Of a DNA stretch of 64,000 bases, positions 31,898 through 42,838 are shown in pieces (positions within the stretch are counted from its first letter, which is position 1; every line of letters begins with the position of its first letter). The translations under genes were made by a program, and so were the position numbers. The notes under the pieces are model-generated. The model searched no databases and was not told where the DNA came from. It saw only the letters and a program-made list of their open reading frames with translations. Origin of the DNA: an uncultured Acidobacteriota bacterium (lineage in GTDB: Bacteria > Acidobacteriota > UBA6911); contig CAWJKZ010000009.1 of NCBI GenBank assembly GCA_963843575.1, positions 64,001 to 128,000 on the forward strand, in the 5' to 3' direction.

Positions 31898-32502
31898 ACC
31901 GTCGAAGAACGCCATTTCCCCCAGCCCGAACTTTACACCTTCCACATCGCGGCATGGCTGCGGCGGTCGATTGGCGCTCCATCAGGGCAAGCCCCTTCTA
32001 GAACGAGTCAAACTGGCAAGCGCTCTGCAGGCAATACCACAACCGAAAGACCGCCTCAACTCAGGGCGGGTGGGGGTAGATGAGAGAGTATCTCCACAGA
32101 CCTGGAAGTTGCGCCTGCAGGCCAGGAGGATCGATATTCCTGAGTTCATGGCGAGAAGGTTCGGACTCCTGATTTTTACCTGTAACTATAGGTAGCGGAT
32201 AGTGCGGCGCGTAGGCGGCTCACTGGATTAACGGTTGTGGGCTTTCGACTCCACGTTAACTTGCGCTTGCGTTCATTCAAACGACTCTATCGAAACGGCT
32301 CCGGACCGGTCTCCTGCTACACCTGCCGGAGCCCCTCCGATAGAGATCTGCCGTCTATGGGGAACCGACCTGTCGCAAGCACCTCGAGATCCCCGTAAGT
32401 GCCGCTGATTCAGCTGCCCACGGCTTCATCAGCCGATTAACATGGCGACAACATCAGGTGCGTCAGGTTCAATTCTGCGAATTGCCAGTGGAGGCATTCT
32501 CT

Positions 32503-32568
32503 ATGATCGACACGACCCTTGCGCACTGCCAAATCCTTGAAAAACTCAGTAACCGCGAAATGACGTAG
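32503..32568 (+). pseudogene. Degenerate N-terminal relic of a Ser/Thr kinase
   Basis: GGAGG RBS then MIDTTLAHCQILEKL.., similar to MIGxTLxHYxILEKLG and to the relic at 25820. Confidence 0.55.
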
Positions 32569-32715
32569 AATCTCTCAACATGTGACAAGGTGAAACGTTT
32601 CTGGAGTGTTGAGCGTATAAATCGGATAAGACCTAAGTCAGATAAAGAGGCCTGCTGAATGGCTCCGTCGCTTGCTTGATAATTCTTTGGAATCTCTCGG
32701 AAAAGGAGCGCTGAA

Positions 32716-34029
32716 ATGAAAAACAGATGCCTAGTTGAATTCATCCTGTTTTTAACAATCGCACCGGGACTTTCCAACGCTGAAACTATCTACAGCAGTT
32801 TCTTGCCTGGAAAGACTTACCAATGCTGTGTTGGACAATTTGTCAGTGGCCCTACTGCTGCCATTGCTGGAAAACTGATTGGGCAAAGAAAAATAGCCGC
32901 AGCTTTCACACCCATTCATAACTATATCCTTGCTCAAATTGAGGTGGCCTTTTATTTCCCCAATGGACCAAACACAAGCCGGTTCAACCTCAGTTTGAGT
33001 CAAGACGCCGGGGGCGTGCCCGGAGCAACAATTGAGTCATGGGGTGGGCTTACCGCTCCTCCACAATATGGCGGAACATCCTCCATCGTGCAAACGGTGG
33101 TCTCGTTGCCAAACGTTCAGCTCTCAACTGGAAGTCAGTACTGGATTGTGGCCTCTCCGGCCGACTCCAATACTTACGTCGTCTGGAATTTGAATGCCTC
33201 GGACAGAACTGGTCCGGGCGGTAGAGTTGCAGAAAACTCTGGCTCCGCCTGGATCGTAGTCGATCTGCCCTTCGACAACCTTGCATTTGAGGTTCAAGGA
33301 TCGCCAGAATATCCTTTCATTGGCTATTTCCCCCAGGTAGCAGCTGGAGGCGGCTACACCACATTATTTACAATAACTAACACGGGCTCAACTACAGCAT
33401 CGGGTAGTCTTCTATTGACTGATCCGCAAGGGAATCCTCTATCCGTAAACGGAGCGTTAGTCGATTCATCAGGAATCGCACAGCCTGCATTGAGTGGACA
33501 TGCCTTTTCTTTTGCGGTTCCCGCTGGAGGAACTATTTTCTTATCTACTGGTCTGGCTGCAGAGGACCCGATAAAAACCGGTTGGGGGCAACTGGAAAGT
33601 ACAGGAGGATTACTAACCGGAGTGGCAACCTATGAGTATCTGGTCGGTTCGACGGTGCAGACAATCGTGGGCGTGTTGCAGTCGCAAACGCTGCAATACG
33701 CAACGATTCCTGTAGATTATGACAGCAGTCAAAGTAAGCAGATCTCCTACGCCATTGCCAACCCAAGCAGCCAAACGATTGCCATTAAATTGGCTCTTGT
33801 GGGACAAGACGGGACGGTCGTTGATGACACCGTCGCCGTAACACTCGGTCCGGGAGAGCAGATTGCACGGTACTTGTGGCAGGAGATGGCTCGCACGAAC
33901 TTCAAAGGTTCTCTGGTCCTCCGGGGTCAGGCGGGCGCGAGCTTTATCGCAGTAGCACTGCTTGATAAGCAGGGCCTCTCTACTGTGGTCCCGCTTATTG
34001 CAGGAAAGGCATCGAGCGTGCCGGATTAA
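32716..34029 (+). CDS. Exported protein: N-terminal choice-of-anchor-R-like domain plus one C-terminal beta-sandwich repeat unit
   Basis: Signal peptide; AAAFTP..DAGGVPG..L..GSQYWIVA; YFPQVAAGGGYTTLFTITN and TIPVD..YAIANP; lower GC than the flanks. Confidence 0.8.
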   Translation: MKNRCLVEFILFLTIAPGLSNAETIYSSFLPGKTYQCCVGQFVSGPTAAIAGKLIGQRKIAAAFTPIHNYILAQIEVAFYFPNGPNTSRFNLSLSQDAGGVPGATIESWGGLTAPPQYGGTSSIVQTVVSLPNVQLSTGSQYWIVASPADSNTYVVWNLNASDRTGPGGRVAENSGSAWIVVDLPFDNLAFEVQGSPEYPFIGYFPQVAAGGGYTTLFTITNTGSTTASGSLLLTDPQGNPLSVNGALVDSSGIAQPALSGHAFSFAVPAGGTIFLSTGLAAEDPIKTGWGQLESTGGLLTGVATYEYLVGSTVQTIVGVLQSQTLQYATIPVDYDSSQSKQISYAIANPSSQTIAIKLALVGQDGTVVDDTVAVTLGPGEQIARYLWQEMARTNFKGSLVLRGQAGASFIAVALLDKQGLSTVVPLIAGKASSVPD

Positions 34030-34369
34030 GTAGGGTGTTTTAGGTAGGGTCGGAAGTATTCGGGATCCGCGCCCGATGCCCGACGCTAGTGCAGACACTC
34101 ACACACTGCCCCGTCCGGTCTGCTAATTCCGGATAGCCCTGTTACGCAATTGTCAATGAGTCCCGTTCTCGCAGGTAAACCTTTCGCCGGCAGACGCGTC
34201 CCAGCCCGGTGTGATTGGGGAACGCAAGGACGTTTCTGACCAACATTTTAATGGCGCCGCCTTCCCCGGCGCGGAGCGCTGCCTCATCTTGCGCTTTCCA
34301 GGAGCGTGCGTGATCACGCTGCGCAATGGGGGACACCCACCTTGGATCCAAAACGCTGCGGCGTTTCAG

Positions 34370-34642
34370 GAATTGGACCTTATGATCTCGGACCTCGCAA
34401 TCACGGAAATCATATCGGCGATATCGTGCCGACGTCGCGAGGGGGCACTTCCGGCATCATCATGTGCACGCCTCCACCAGCGAATCCTGGCGGACGTTGA
34501 GAGCGGGTTCTACATCAAGAATGACCTCGTGCCGGAGGTGCATCGTGAAGCCGAACGTTTGTTGCTGGCTATTGAAAATGTTGCTTTGCGTGCCGCGGAT
34601 GCTCTTCATCTGGCGCTTGCCAGCCTGATCAGCCCACTTTGA
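34370..34642 (+). pseudogene. VapC-like PIN toxin fragment
   Basis: ISDLAITEIISA..RRREG..LRAADALHLALA; N-terminal YxD motif and C-terminal TxD missing. Confidence 0.7.
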
Positions 34643-34685
34643 GGGCTCCGCGACCGGTAAATTCTCCGGCTCTGCCGGAGGATAC

Positions 34686-35087
34686 TTACTGTGCGGTCCT
34701 GGCCAAGCCCCTCGCCAGCCGAATGGCAAACAGCGCGCCCGCGATCACATCAAACGCGAGGCAGAACCCGGGCCACCAGGCGGGCACGCCGGGGTTATCT
34801 ATAAAGACATGGTGAACAAAATCAAACATCCCGTGCCCGGCCAGGGCGGCGGCAACCAGCCTGAGGTTTCTCCTGAATCCGAGTACTGCCACCAGGGAAA
34901 AGCCGCACAATACTGCGATTTCCAGTCCGAGAGTGCGGTTGCCGGCTCCCATCACCGCGAACAAAACATAGTAGGAGGCGACAACGATCAGCACGGTTGG
35001 ATAGAATGCCCGCCCGCGCTCCAATCCGGTCACGGCGGCAAATCCAACAACGGCCAATCCCAGCACTGCACCCACCAGATATTCCAT
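34686..35087 (-). CDS. Small integral membrane protein
   Basis: Four to five hydrophobic segments; HG.FD..H and WWPGFC..FD motifs; GGAG RBS. Confidence 0.8.
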   Translation of the reverse strand: MEYLVGAVLGLAVVGFAAVTGLERGRAFYPTVLIVVASYYVLFAVMGAGNRTLGLEIAVLCGFSLVAVLGFRRNLRLVAAALAGHGMFDFVHHVFIDNPGVPAWWPGFCLAFDVIAGALFAIRLARGLARTAQ

Positions 35088-35589
35088 GTGGTTATCTCCC
35101 GCCCGATCCGCGATGCGATCCAGATTCTACGACGAACGTCCTAAAGGAGATTATACAGTTCCCGGAGCGGGCATCAGGATCAGTCGCCAGATAAACAAGG
35201 TACCTCACGGCCAGAAACGAGCAGGCAGGCGCCCTGCATTTTACTATCCTGTCGCACAGGCCTCAAAAAGGAACCAGACAAGCTGCATCCTATAGGATGC
35301 AACGGAGTAAGATCCTGGCGGGATTTCCGGCAGGCCTGACAGGCACGAAGGAGCGGGCCCTTCTGCGGCGAGGACATCATGAGACGAACAATGGACGCTT
35401 CCCTGGGAGTTGTCGCCATTTTCGCCGGCGGCGCGGCGGCGCTTCCGGATACCCGGCATTCTGGCCGGCGGGACCGTCGCGGGATTCGGTGCCCGGGCCA
35501 GCCGGAAAGCATCGCCTTTGCAGCCTCGATGCGGCCGCCGTCCCAGCGCGCGAAACGGATCTTCCCGGGCTGAGCCCGTTCGAGTCACA

Positions 35590-35757
35590 GCGCACGGCTG
35601 CACGCGTCGCAGGATTTGTTTTTCCGATCTCGTTCATCACTGTGGTTGCGGTTAATTTCGGCATCTTCGCGCGCCTCATCGTCAGCGGCGATCCGACGAA
35701 AACCGCGCAAAACATCCTCGCGAACGAAACACTATTTCGTATCGGCATCGCGGGCTG
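35590..35757 (+). pseudogene. DUF4386-like membrane protein, N-terminal fragment
   Basis: AARVAG..LIVSGDPTKTAQNILANETLFRIGI; no continuation. Confidence 0.65.
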
Positions 35758-36444
35758 CATAGCGATCTCCACGACCCTGGAATTGCGCACCGGAGAGCTC
35801 CCCCCGAAGCCCCCCGCGGATAGGAAGCTTGAGCCGCCTCTAATGGGTCGGCATCTCCTCGGTTTCATCCCTTCGAGCTTCGATTATGTCAACTTATGTC
35901 GATTTGGAGCCCGCTTGGCTTCGTCGAGTGCGGATTTTACAGGCTTCGTCGGAAGGAAGGTTTCGATCGGGTTGCGCGGCGACGCTTTGTTGTTCACTTG
36001 CGGAAATTCCGGGCGTTGCGGCCCGGGCGACCCTCCACGTCGACCTGGATGCTCATCCGTGACCTTGATGTCCTTCAGGAGCCGACCCCTGAATTTTCTT
36101 TTCACGGGTCGGATTTTTGTCCGGCCGCGGATCTTCAGAGCCGGTAAGCCAGGCCCAAAAGAGGCCGGTTCCCGTTCCTCCTGCCCGGGACGCGCAACGC
36201 GATCGAACCCGGCGGCCAAGGCTGCGCGCGGCTGCCTCCGGCTGATTATTGAAACCCCTGGGTATGGAAGCACATCTGAATCTTCCGCTTTGATCTCCAG
36301 TTTGCTCGTCGCCTGGTAGAGGTGTAGACCGCGGAGGCCGGCGTCTGCGAAACCGATGCAATGTATCGCTGTCGCGATCTTGAGGAGCTGTGCTCATTCC
36401 TCGCCTACGGCGTTCCCCATCCGCTCTCGTGATCTGAAGCTCGG

Positions 36445-39135
36445 TTAGAAGTTGATCCGGGCACCTAACTGGATCGTGCGCCCGCCGCCGTACTTATCGA
36501 ATACCCGCCCGAACCGGTCCGGGTCTCCGATATCTGTCTCAGGATCGCTGATCCACGTACGGTTGAAGAGGTTGGTAATATCTGCGCGCAGCTCGAAGTT
36601 CGCGCCCTCGCCGATAAACCGCAGCCGGGTCCGTTTGATCATCGAAAAGGACTCGCCACCGCGCGCGAAGCCTCTGAGATTCGGCTCCCGGCGTACGCCG
36701 TTGCCGAGGCGTGTGGCGACGTTAAACTCCGTAACCGGAACCGCACCCCAGGCGTTGATGTTGAGGTATGGAGTCCCGGCTCCCCGGTCCGGATCCGACG
36801 GCTTCGAGCCGATGATCTGCTGGTCTCTCGACAGCAGCGTGTCGACATAATAGCCGTTGTTGAAGAGCGCTCCGGTATCCGGTCCGGCGCTGTTGCCGAT
36901 GCTGATCGGTGAGCCCGAGCAGTAGTTCTGGATGGCACTTACGGTCCAGCCGCCGAGAACGTAGCTCAGAGGGCCGTTTCGCAGCCAGCGGCCCTCAGGT
37001 CCGAAAGGCAGATCGTAAATCCACGTGATCCGCAGGTCATGCGGGACGTTGAGGCTGGTGATGGAGTAGTCGAGCGCGCGATTATAAATGCTCTGCCCGT
37101 AACCACCGTAGTAGCCGAGAACGTCATCCGTGGTGGCAAGGGCTTTTGAGAAGGTGTAGGCGAGCAGGAAGCTCAACCCATGCGCCGAACGCTTCGTCGC
37201 CGTCACCTGCAGCGAGTGATAGTTCGACCAGCCGCCGTTGCTGCGATGGGAATTCACACCGCGGTACTGGGGGAATTCCCGCAACGACTGGCCGACCGTC
37301 CCGGAGAAGCTGGGGTAGGGCTTCTGGAACTCAGGATGCAGATCGATATGCTCGACCAGGGCGTTGCCGAGTGAAAGATACTTCGGATCAAGCTGATCCC
37401 GGTTGAACTTGTAGCCGTCGTTCAGACGCGTCCCCTTCGTCCCCACGTAGTTTGCTTCCAGCCTCGTGGCCCACGGCAGCTCCATCTGGACGCCGAAGTT
37501 CCAGTTGTGGACTTTCGGCATCTTGCGAGTCTCCGGGGGATAATAGGGTATAGAATTGTCGTTAAGCTGGGTCGGATCGTAGTTCGGCAGCGCCGCCGGG
37601 TATTGGGGATAGGGCGTATCCCAATAGTACGCCGGATCGTCGCCGCGTCCGGGGCGTCCCGTCTTCGAAACAATATTGTTGGTACCATCAAACCCCGCCC
37701 ACCACCCGAAGGCCCAGCCGTCGAGCAGAGGCGGGGCGTAGTTGATGCCGTATCCGCCGCGCAGCACAATGGTGTTGCCTGCGGAGTAGGCAAATCCCAG
37801 CCGCGGCGCAACCTGGCCGTAGTAAATATCCGCCCAGGCCGTTTTGCCGTTGCACTGCGCACAATCGCCCAGGAAGACGAGGGCCCCCGGATAGTTGTCT
37901 GCGCCGGGATTGGGCATCGTGGGATCCAGCCCGGACATCATGTTGTTCGGATTGGTGTACGACGTCGGGATGTCCCAGCGGAGACCCAGACTCAGGGTCA
38001 GGTTGTCGTTGATCTTCCAGTTATCGTGGACGTAGAAGGCGGTTGTTCGGCTCCTGACGGCATAGGTTATACCATGGATATCGACTTCGGAGTTTCGTAC
38101 GGCGCCGAGTATGAAACTCGAGAAAGCAAAACCCGTACTCTGATTGAAGCCAGGCAGAGCCGTCTGGTTGGAATTGAAGGTGTAGGTCCCGGGTGTGTCG
38201 CTGAGTTGGGAATTGATGTAATACCGCCGGTGCTCTATCCCGAACCGGAAGCTGTGCTTGGATTTTATCCAAGTCAGGTCGTTCTGGACGATGTTGCTTC
38301 CGTTGGGTTTCCTATACCCGCTTGTCTGATTCCCCCACCACAGATAACTGCCGCTCAGGGTGTTGTTCTCGCCGCGAAAAACAAGTTCCGGGAAAGTCGC
38401 TCCACCCACATTTTGAAATCCCAGCTCCGACGCCCAGTTTTTTCCGACAAGGAAACTGTTGGAGACGATGTTGTTGCTGATCCTGTTATAGCCGTAGCCC
38501 AAATGGTTCAGCATGGTCGGACTGATCGACCAGTCCTCGGCGACACGGACGATCTGGCCGGGTGTCCTCTGGATCACGTCGCCCGCGGCAGGTGTATTGG
38601 GTATCTTCCCGGGAAGGGAGTAATTGTTGAAGCCGTATCCGTAGCGGTACCGGTCGTTCTCCGTGAAAGAACCGGAGATCTTGTGCTTCTGGCTGATCAC
38701 CTGGTCTATCTTGATGCTGGAGTTCTTGATGTGCAGCTCAGGAACGCCGGTGGAGATGCGCGGTGTGTTCAGCCGCAGCGTCTCCCCCCCAACCAGACCC
38801 AACCTCGGGAAAGTAGGGTCCGGCAGGGCGTATGCCGGATTGAGGATCTTCTTCGTGACCGCGCTGAACCGGTTTGCCGGGATGATGTTGCCCGGGAACG
38901 GGTCCCGGATCCACGTCCCGTCCGCCAGCAGCCTGGTCGATAGCGGATCGTAGATCTGCCCGAACCGGACCTCCCGGCCCAGGGCATCCGTGCCGACGAC
39001 GCTGCCGGATCTCGCGTCCTCCGTGAATTTTGGATCGAAGAGCCGGGAGAAATCCCCCTGCTTCATCTGAGCCGTAGGCGAGCTCTGGTAGCTCGAACCG
39101 GGAACGTAGTCCGCCTGCTTGTTCTGTAGGATCGT
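36445..39135 (-). pseudogene. Oar-like TonB-dependent outer-membrane receptor, 5' truncated
   Basis: QIYDP..RDPFPGNIIP, YVHDNWKI..LTLSLGLRWD, APRLGFAY, SNYHSLQ and RTIQLGARINF; signal peptide, carboxypeptidase-regulatory and plug regions absent; abuts the coaX stop. Confidence 0.85.
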
Positions 39136-39159
39136 TTGTGGCGGAACAGTGCGGAACAA

Positions 39160-39927
39160 CTACGGGCGGTTCAGGTCGTAAATGATTCTCAAGCCGTCGA
39201 GGGTGAGCCAGGGGGCGACGATTCGGAAGATCGTGGTCTCGCGGGCGATGATCTCCGCCAAGCTACCCGTGGCGACAACCTTCATCGTCGGCCCAAGCTC
39301 AGCGCGGAAGCGGGCGACCATACCCTCAACAAGGCCTACATAACCGAAGAGGAGACCCGACTGCAGCGAGTGGACGGTGTTCCTCCCGATCACCGACGGA
39401 GGCCGCTGCAGGTCGACTCGAGGCAGCTTCGCAGCCCTCTGGAACAGTGCATCCGCCGCGATCCCGATCCCAGGCGCGATAGCGCCACCGAGGTAATCCC
39501 CTTCCGCGGAGATCGCATCGAATGCAGTAGCCGTGCCGAAGTCCACGACGCACGCGGGTACGCCATAGAGGGCACGGACGGCTGCCGCATCGGCCACGCG
39601 GTCGGCGCCAACCTGCCTGGGATCTTCGTACTTGAGCCGCACTCCGGTTTTGACGCCGGCATCCAGTATGAGCGGATCACGCCCGAAGTAGTCGTGGCAG
39701 ACCCGTTCGAATGTTCCGGTCAATGGCGGCACGACGGACGCTATCACCGCACCCTCCACGTCCGCTGGGATTCGCCCCTGGTGCCGGAAGAGTTGGGTGA
39801 TCGTGATTCCGTATTCGTCGGGCATGCGCTCATGGTCTGTCGCCAGCCTCCAGCGCGGACCCAACGTGTCACCGTCGTACAGTCCCAGGGTAATGTTCGT
39901 GTTCCCGATATCGATTGCGAGCAGCAT
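39160..39927 (-). CDS. coaX: Type III pantothenate kinase
   Basis: MLLAIDIGNTN, IASVVP, VGADR, VVDFGTAT and YLGGAIAPG. Confidence 0.95.
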   Translation of the reverse strand: MLLAIDIGNTNITLGLYDGDTLGPRWRLATDHERMPDEYGITITQLFRHQGRIPADVEGAVIASVVPPLTGTFERVCHDYFGRDPLILDAGVKTGVRLKYEDPRQVGADRVADAAAVRALYGVPACVVDFGTATAFDAISAEGDYLGGAIAPGIGIAADALFQRAAKLPRVDLQRPPSVIGRNTVHSLQSGLLFGYVGLVEGMVARFRAELGPTMKVVATGSLAEIIARETTIFRIVAPWLTLDGLRIIYDLNRP

Positions 39928-39980
39928 ACGCCTCCGAGCGCCGAAAACGGCTCGCGACAGCCATGGGCCGCCGCGGGAAT

Positions 39981-40811
39981 TCACAGCAATAGGTTGTCTA
40001 TTAGCCTCGTCCTCCCAATCGTCACCGCAAGAGACAGCAGGACACGATCCTGTACCTGGCTGAGTTCGACCAGAGCCTCCGGATCCGCTGCCGAGACATA
40101 GTCCTCGTGAACGAGCGGTTCAGCGGCGATCAGTGCGCGCATAGCAGTGCGGAGCACCTCCGCATCGCGCTCGCCTGCCTCGTATCTTGCGCGCGCTGCG
40201 CTCAAGGCACGGTACAGGACAGTCGCAGCCCGCCGTTCCGCAGTCGTGAGATACGTGTTGCGGCTGCTCATCGCAAGCCCATCGGGCTCCCGGACCGTCG
40301 CACAAACAACGATTTCAGCGGGAAAATTCAGGTCCTCTACGATGCGCCGAATTACAGTCACCTGCTGCGCATCTTTCTGGCCAAAATAGGCCCGATCGGG
40401 AGCAAACACGTTGAGCAGCTTAGCCACCACGGTGGAGACTCCTCGAAAGTGACCAGGCCTGCACGTCCCTTCCAGCGGGATTGAAAGCTGTTCGACAGAC
40501 ACAGAGGTCTGGAATCCAGGCGGGTAGACCGTCTCCGGCGATGGAGTCCAGACAAGGTCCGCTCCCGCCTGCTCGAGCAGGTCGAGATCTCGTTCGAGGT
40601 CCCGCGGGTAAGTCGCCAGGTCCTCGCCGGGCCCGAATTGGGTCGGGTTGACGAAAATGCTGACGCCCACATGATCGCACTCAGCTCTCGCGCGAGCGAC
40701 GAGCGAAAGGTGACCGCGGTGCAGGGCGCCCATTGTAGGAACCAGTCCGAAGGTTCCGGCGAGAGACTTGCGCAGAGTCCGCAACTCGTTCAGTTCTGAC
40801 GTCACTTTCAT
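39981..40811 (-). CDS. panC: Pantoate--beta-alanine ligase
   Basis: VPTMGALHRGH, SIFVNPTQF, RPGHF, FGQKDAQQ, REPDGLAMSSRN and RLIDN. Confidence 0.96.
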   Translation of the reverse strand: MKVTSELNELRTLRKSLAGTFGLVPTMGALHRGHLSLVARARAECDHVGVSIFVNPTQFGPGEDLATYPRDLERDLDLLEQAGADLVWTPSPETVYPPGFQTSVSVEQLSIPLEGTCRPGHFRGVSTVVAKLLNVFAPDRAYFGQKDAQQVTVIRRIVEDLNFPAEIVVCATVREPDGLAMSSRNTYLTTAERRAATVLYRALSAARARYEAGERDAEVLRTAMRALIAAEPLVHEDYVSAADPEALVELSQVQDRVLLSLAVTIGRTRLIDNLLL

Positions 40812-40822
40812 GGATAGGTCGG

Positions 40823-41704
40823 TCACTCTCCGGAGAGCACGACAGCGGCCCGGACAAGCCGCCACAAGGTTTCATTTACGGGGGTTGGGATCTTCAACCT
40901 CTGGCCCTCCCGAACCACGGCTCCGTTAATCGCATCGCATTCGGTTGGCGCGCCCCGGAGAACATCCTGTAGCATGGAAGACAGGTTCCCTGCGGTTCGC
41001 CTCGCGACCTCGCGCGTGTGCCCGGCGGGATCGTCAAAGGGCAGCGCGATCCCCTTCGCGCGCGCTACTGCCGCGCACTCAGCAGCGGCTCGCCCCATGA
41101 GTGCGTCGGCATCGGGGCGAGCAAGCAATTCGCCGTTGGGAACGCGAAGCAGGGCGGTCAGTGCATTAATTCCGCAGTTCGCCACGAGCTTCCCCCAGAT
41201 GAGCCCTTCGACGTCCTGGTCGCTGCAGCGGTGCGCATCGAAACCGGCTCGCCGAAGCAGATCGATAGCCCATTCAGGGGCTGCGGCATGTGTCGGGCCA
41301 TCACCTCCAGGCCGGATATGCCCTGGACCGACGAGTGAGGCTCCGGCAGCAGTAATCCCAGCGTGCGCCGCCGACCCCAGAACCTCACGATTGCCCAAGC
41401 CGTTCTGGAGAGTGAGCGCAATACCTTCCGGGGAGAGCAGCCGACCCAGATGAGGGGCGACTGCCTGATTCTGCCAGGTCTTTACGAGTACGAGGACAAG
41501 TTCCGCGGGCTCAATCGGTTCCCCAAGCCGCGCCGCGTTCACGCGCAAGGGTGCAGCGGAAGCCCCTGCCATTCGAACGCCCCGCGCCCGGATCGTGTCG
41601 ATCGCGTCCGCCCATGTCCCTACCATCGTCACGCTGGCGACAGGCGCGAGCCGCGCCCCGAACAGACAAGCCATCGCCCCGGTACCACAGATAATCACGC
41701 GCAT
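40823..41704 (-). CDS. panE: 2-dehydropantoate 2-reductase
   Basis: GTGAMA Rossmann motif; LQNGLGN, WGKLVANCGIN, SSMLQD and TECDAING. Confidence 0.93.
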   Translation of the reverse strand: MRVIICGTGAMACLFGARLAPVASVTMVGTWADAIDTIRARGVRMAGASAAPLRVNAARLGEPIEPAELVLVLVKTWQNQAVAPHLGRLLSPEGIALTLQNGLGNREVLGSAAHAGITAAGASLVGPGHIRPGGDGPTHAAAPEWAIDLLRRAGFDAHRCSDQDVEGLIWGKLVANCGINALTALLRVPNGELLARPDADALMGRAAAECAAVARAKGIALPFDDPAGHTREVARRTAGNLSSMLQDVLRGAPTECDAINGAVVREGQRLKIPTPVNETLWRLVRAAVVLSGE

Positions 41705-41743
41705 CGGACCCTTCTGCTTGGTTCTAGGTTCAGGATCGTCTCG

Positions 41744-42640
41744 TTACCTCACTCGTCGAAGTCTTCCTTTCGACGCCCGCAGTTGTTTGAGCAATGCAGC
41801 GAAATCATCATCCTCCATGGTGGGCGAATGTTCCCGAGCGGGAAAGCGGCGGACTGCGACGTCTCCTATGTAGCCTTTAAACGCTTCGGTCATTCGGGAG
41901 TGCAGGTCTTCGTACTTCCGGACAAATCGCGGCGTGAAACGGTCAAACAGTCCCAGGAGGTCATGGGTAACCAGCACCTGTCCATCGCAGGCGCCACCCG
42001 CCCCGATCCCGATCACCGGGATTTCGACACGGTCGCGGACGAGTTGGGCGACACGGTCGGGCACAGCCTCGAGCACCAGCGCGTAGCAGCCTGCCTGCTG
42101 CAGGATGTCCGCGTCTTCCACGAGGCGAAGGGCGGCACTGGTCGATCGGGCCTGAATCTTCCAGCCTCCGAGCCGGCGAACGCTCTGAGGAGTCAGCCCG
42201 AGGTGCCCCATGACCGGAATGCCTGCAGAGCAGATCGCCTCGATGGCAGCAGCGCGCTCCCGCCCCCCTTCCAGCTTGACAGCGTCCATTCCGGCCTCCT
42301 GAAGAAAACGGCCGGCGTTGTGGACCGCTTCAGAATCCGAGCACTGGTACGACATGAAAGGCATGTCGCCGACGAGGTGGGCCCTCACTGCGCCGCGGGC
42401 GACGGCCTTACAGTGGTGCAGCATGTCTTCCATGGTCACCGGAAGGGTTGTCTCATATCCGAGTACGACCATCCCGAGCGAATCGCCCACGAGGATCGCG
42501 TCGATCCCTGCGCGGTCCAACGCAAGAGCTGTCGGATAGTCGTATGCCGTGAGCATGGTGATCGGCTCGCAACGCTCCTTCTTTGACTGCAGGTATTGAA
42601 TCGTGACTTTGGTCGCGGCGGGTGTGCGAAGTGCGGACAT
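41744..42640 (-). CDS. panB: 3-methyl-2-oxobutanoate hydroxymethyltransferase
   Basis: MLTAYDY, LVGDSLGM, DMPFMSY, AVKLEGG, HLGLTPQS and GIGAG..CDGQVLV. Confidence 0.97.
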   Translation of the reverse strand: MSALRTPAATKVTIQYLQSKKERCEPITMLTAYDYPTALALDRAGIDAILVGDSLGMVVLGYETTLPVTMEDMLHHCKAVARGAVRAHLVGDMPFMSYQCSDSEAVHNAGRFLQEAGMDAVKLEGGRERAAAIEAICSAGIPVMGHLGLTPQSVRRLGGWKIQARSTSAALRLVEDADILQQAGCYALVLEAVPDRVAQLVRDRVEIPVIGIGAGGACDGQVLVTHDLLGLFDRFTPRFVRKYEDLHSRMTEAFKGYIGDVAVRRFPAREHSPTMEDDDFAALLKQLRASKGRLRRVR

Positions 42641-42697
42641 GGGCTATCTTCTCCTCGGAGTAAGATGCCGCTGAAGAGCAGACACCGATTAATGAAA

Positions 42698-42730
42698 ACC
42701 GTCCCGGTCCGGAAAAGGGATCCAGGCGGC
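42698..42730 (-). ncRNA. pan RNA motif-like leader hairpin
   Basis: In the panB 5' UTR: CCG-CC-UGG-A-UCC loop GGA-CCG-GG-A-CGG, a stem with a bulged A on each strand; a second hairpin lies near 42664-42686. Confidence 0.65.
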
Positions 42731-42737
42731 CGAAAGG

Positions 42738-42766
42738 ATTATCCACCGCCGGCGCACCGAGGTCAA
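42738..42766 (-). promoter_or_regulatory. sigma70-type promoter of the pan operon
   Basis: TTGACC-17 bp-GATAAT directly upstream of the leader hairpin. Confidence 0.65.
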
Positions 42767-42838
42767 CCGGTCACTAAAAGGCTCGTTTCATTGATGATTT
42801 CGCCCCACTCCTCGGTGGAACGTACCATAAAACGATCT

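Noticed and set aside
8691-42586. Long opposite-strand ORFs (8691-10436, 13907-15709, 37507-38943, 41363-42586 and similar)
   Set aside because: These are antisense shadows of well-supported genes in GC-rich DNA and have no motifs.
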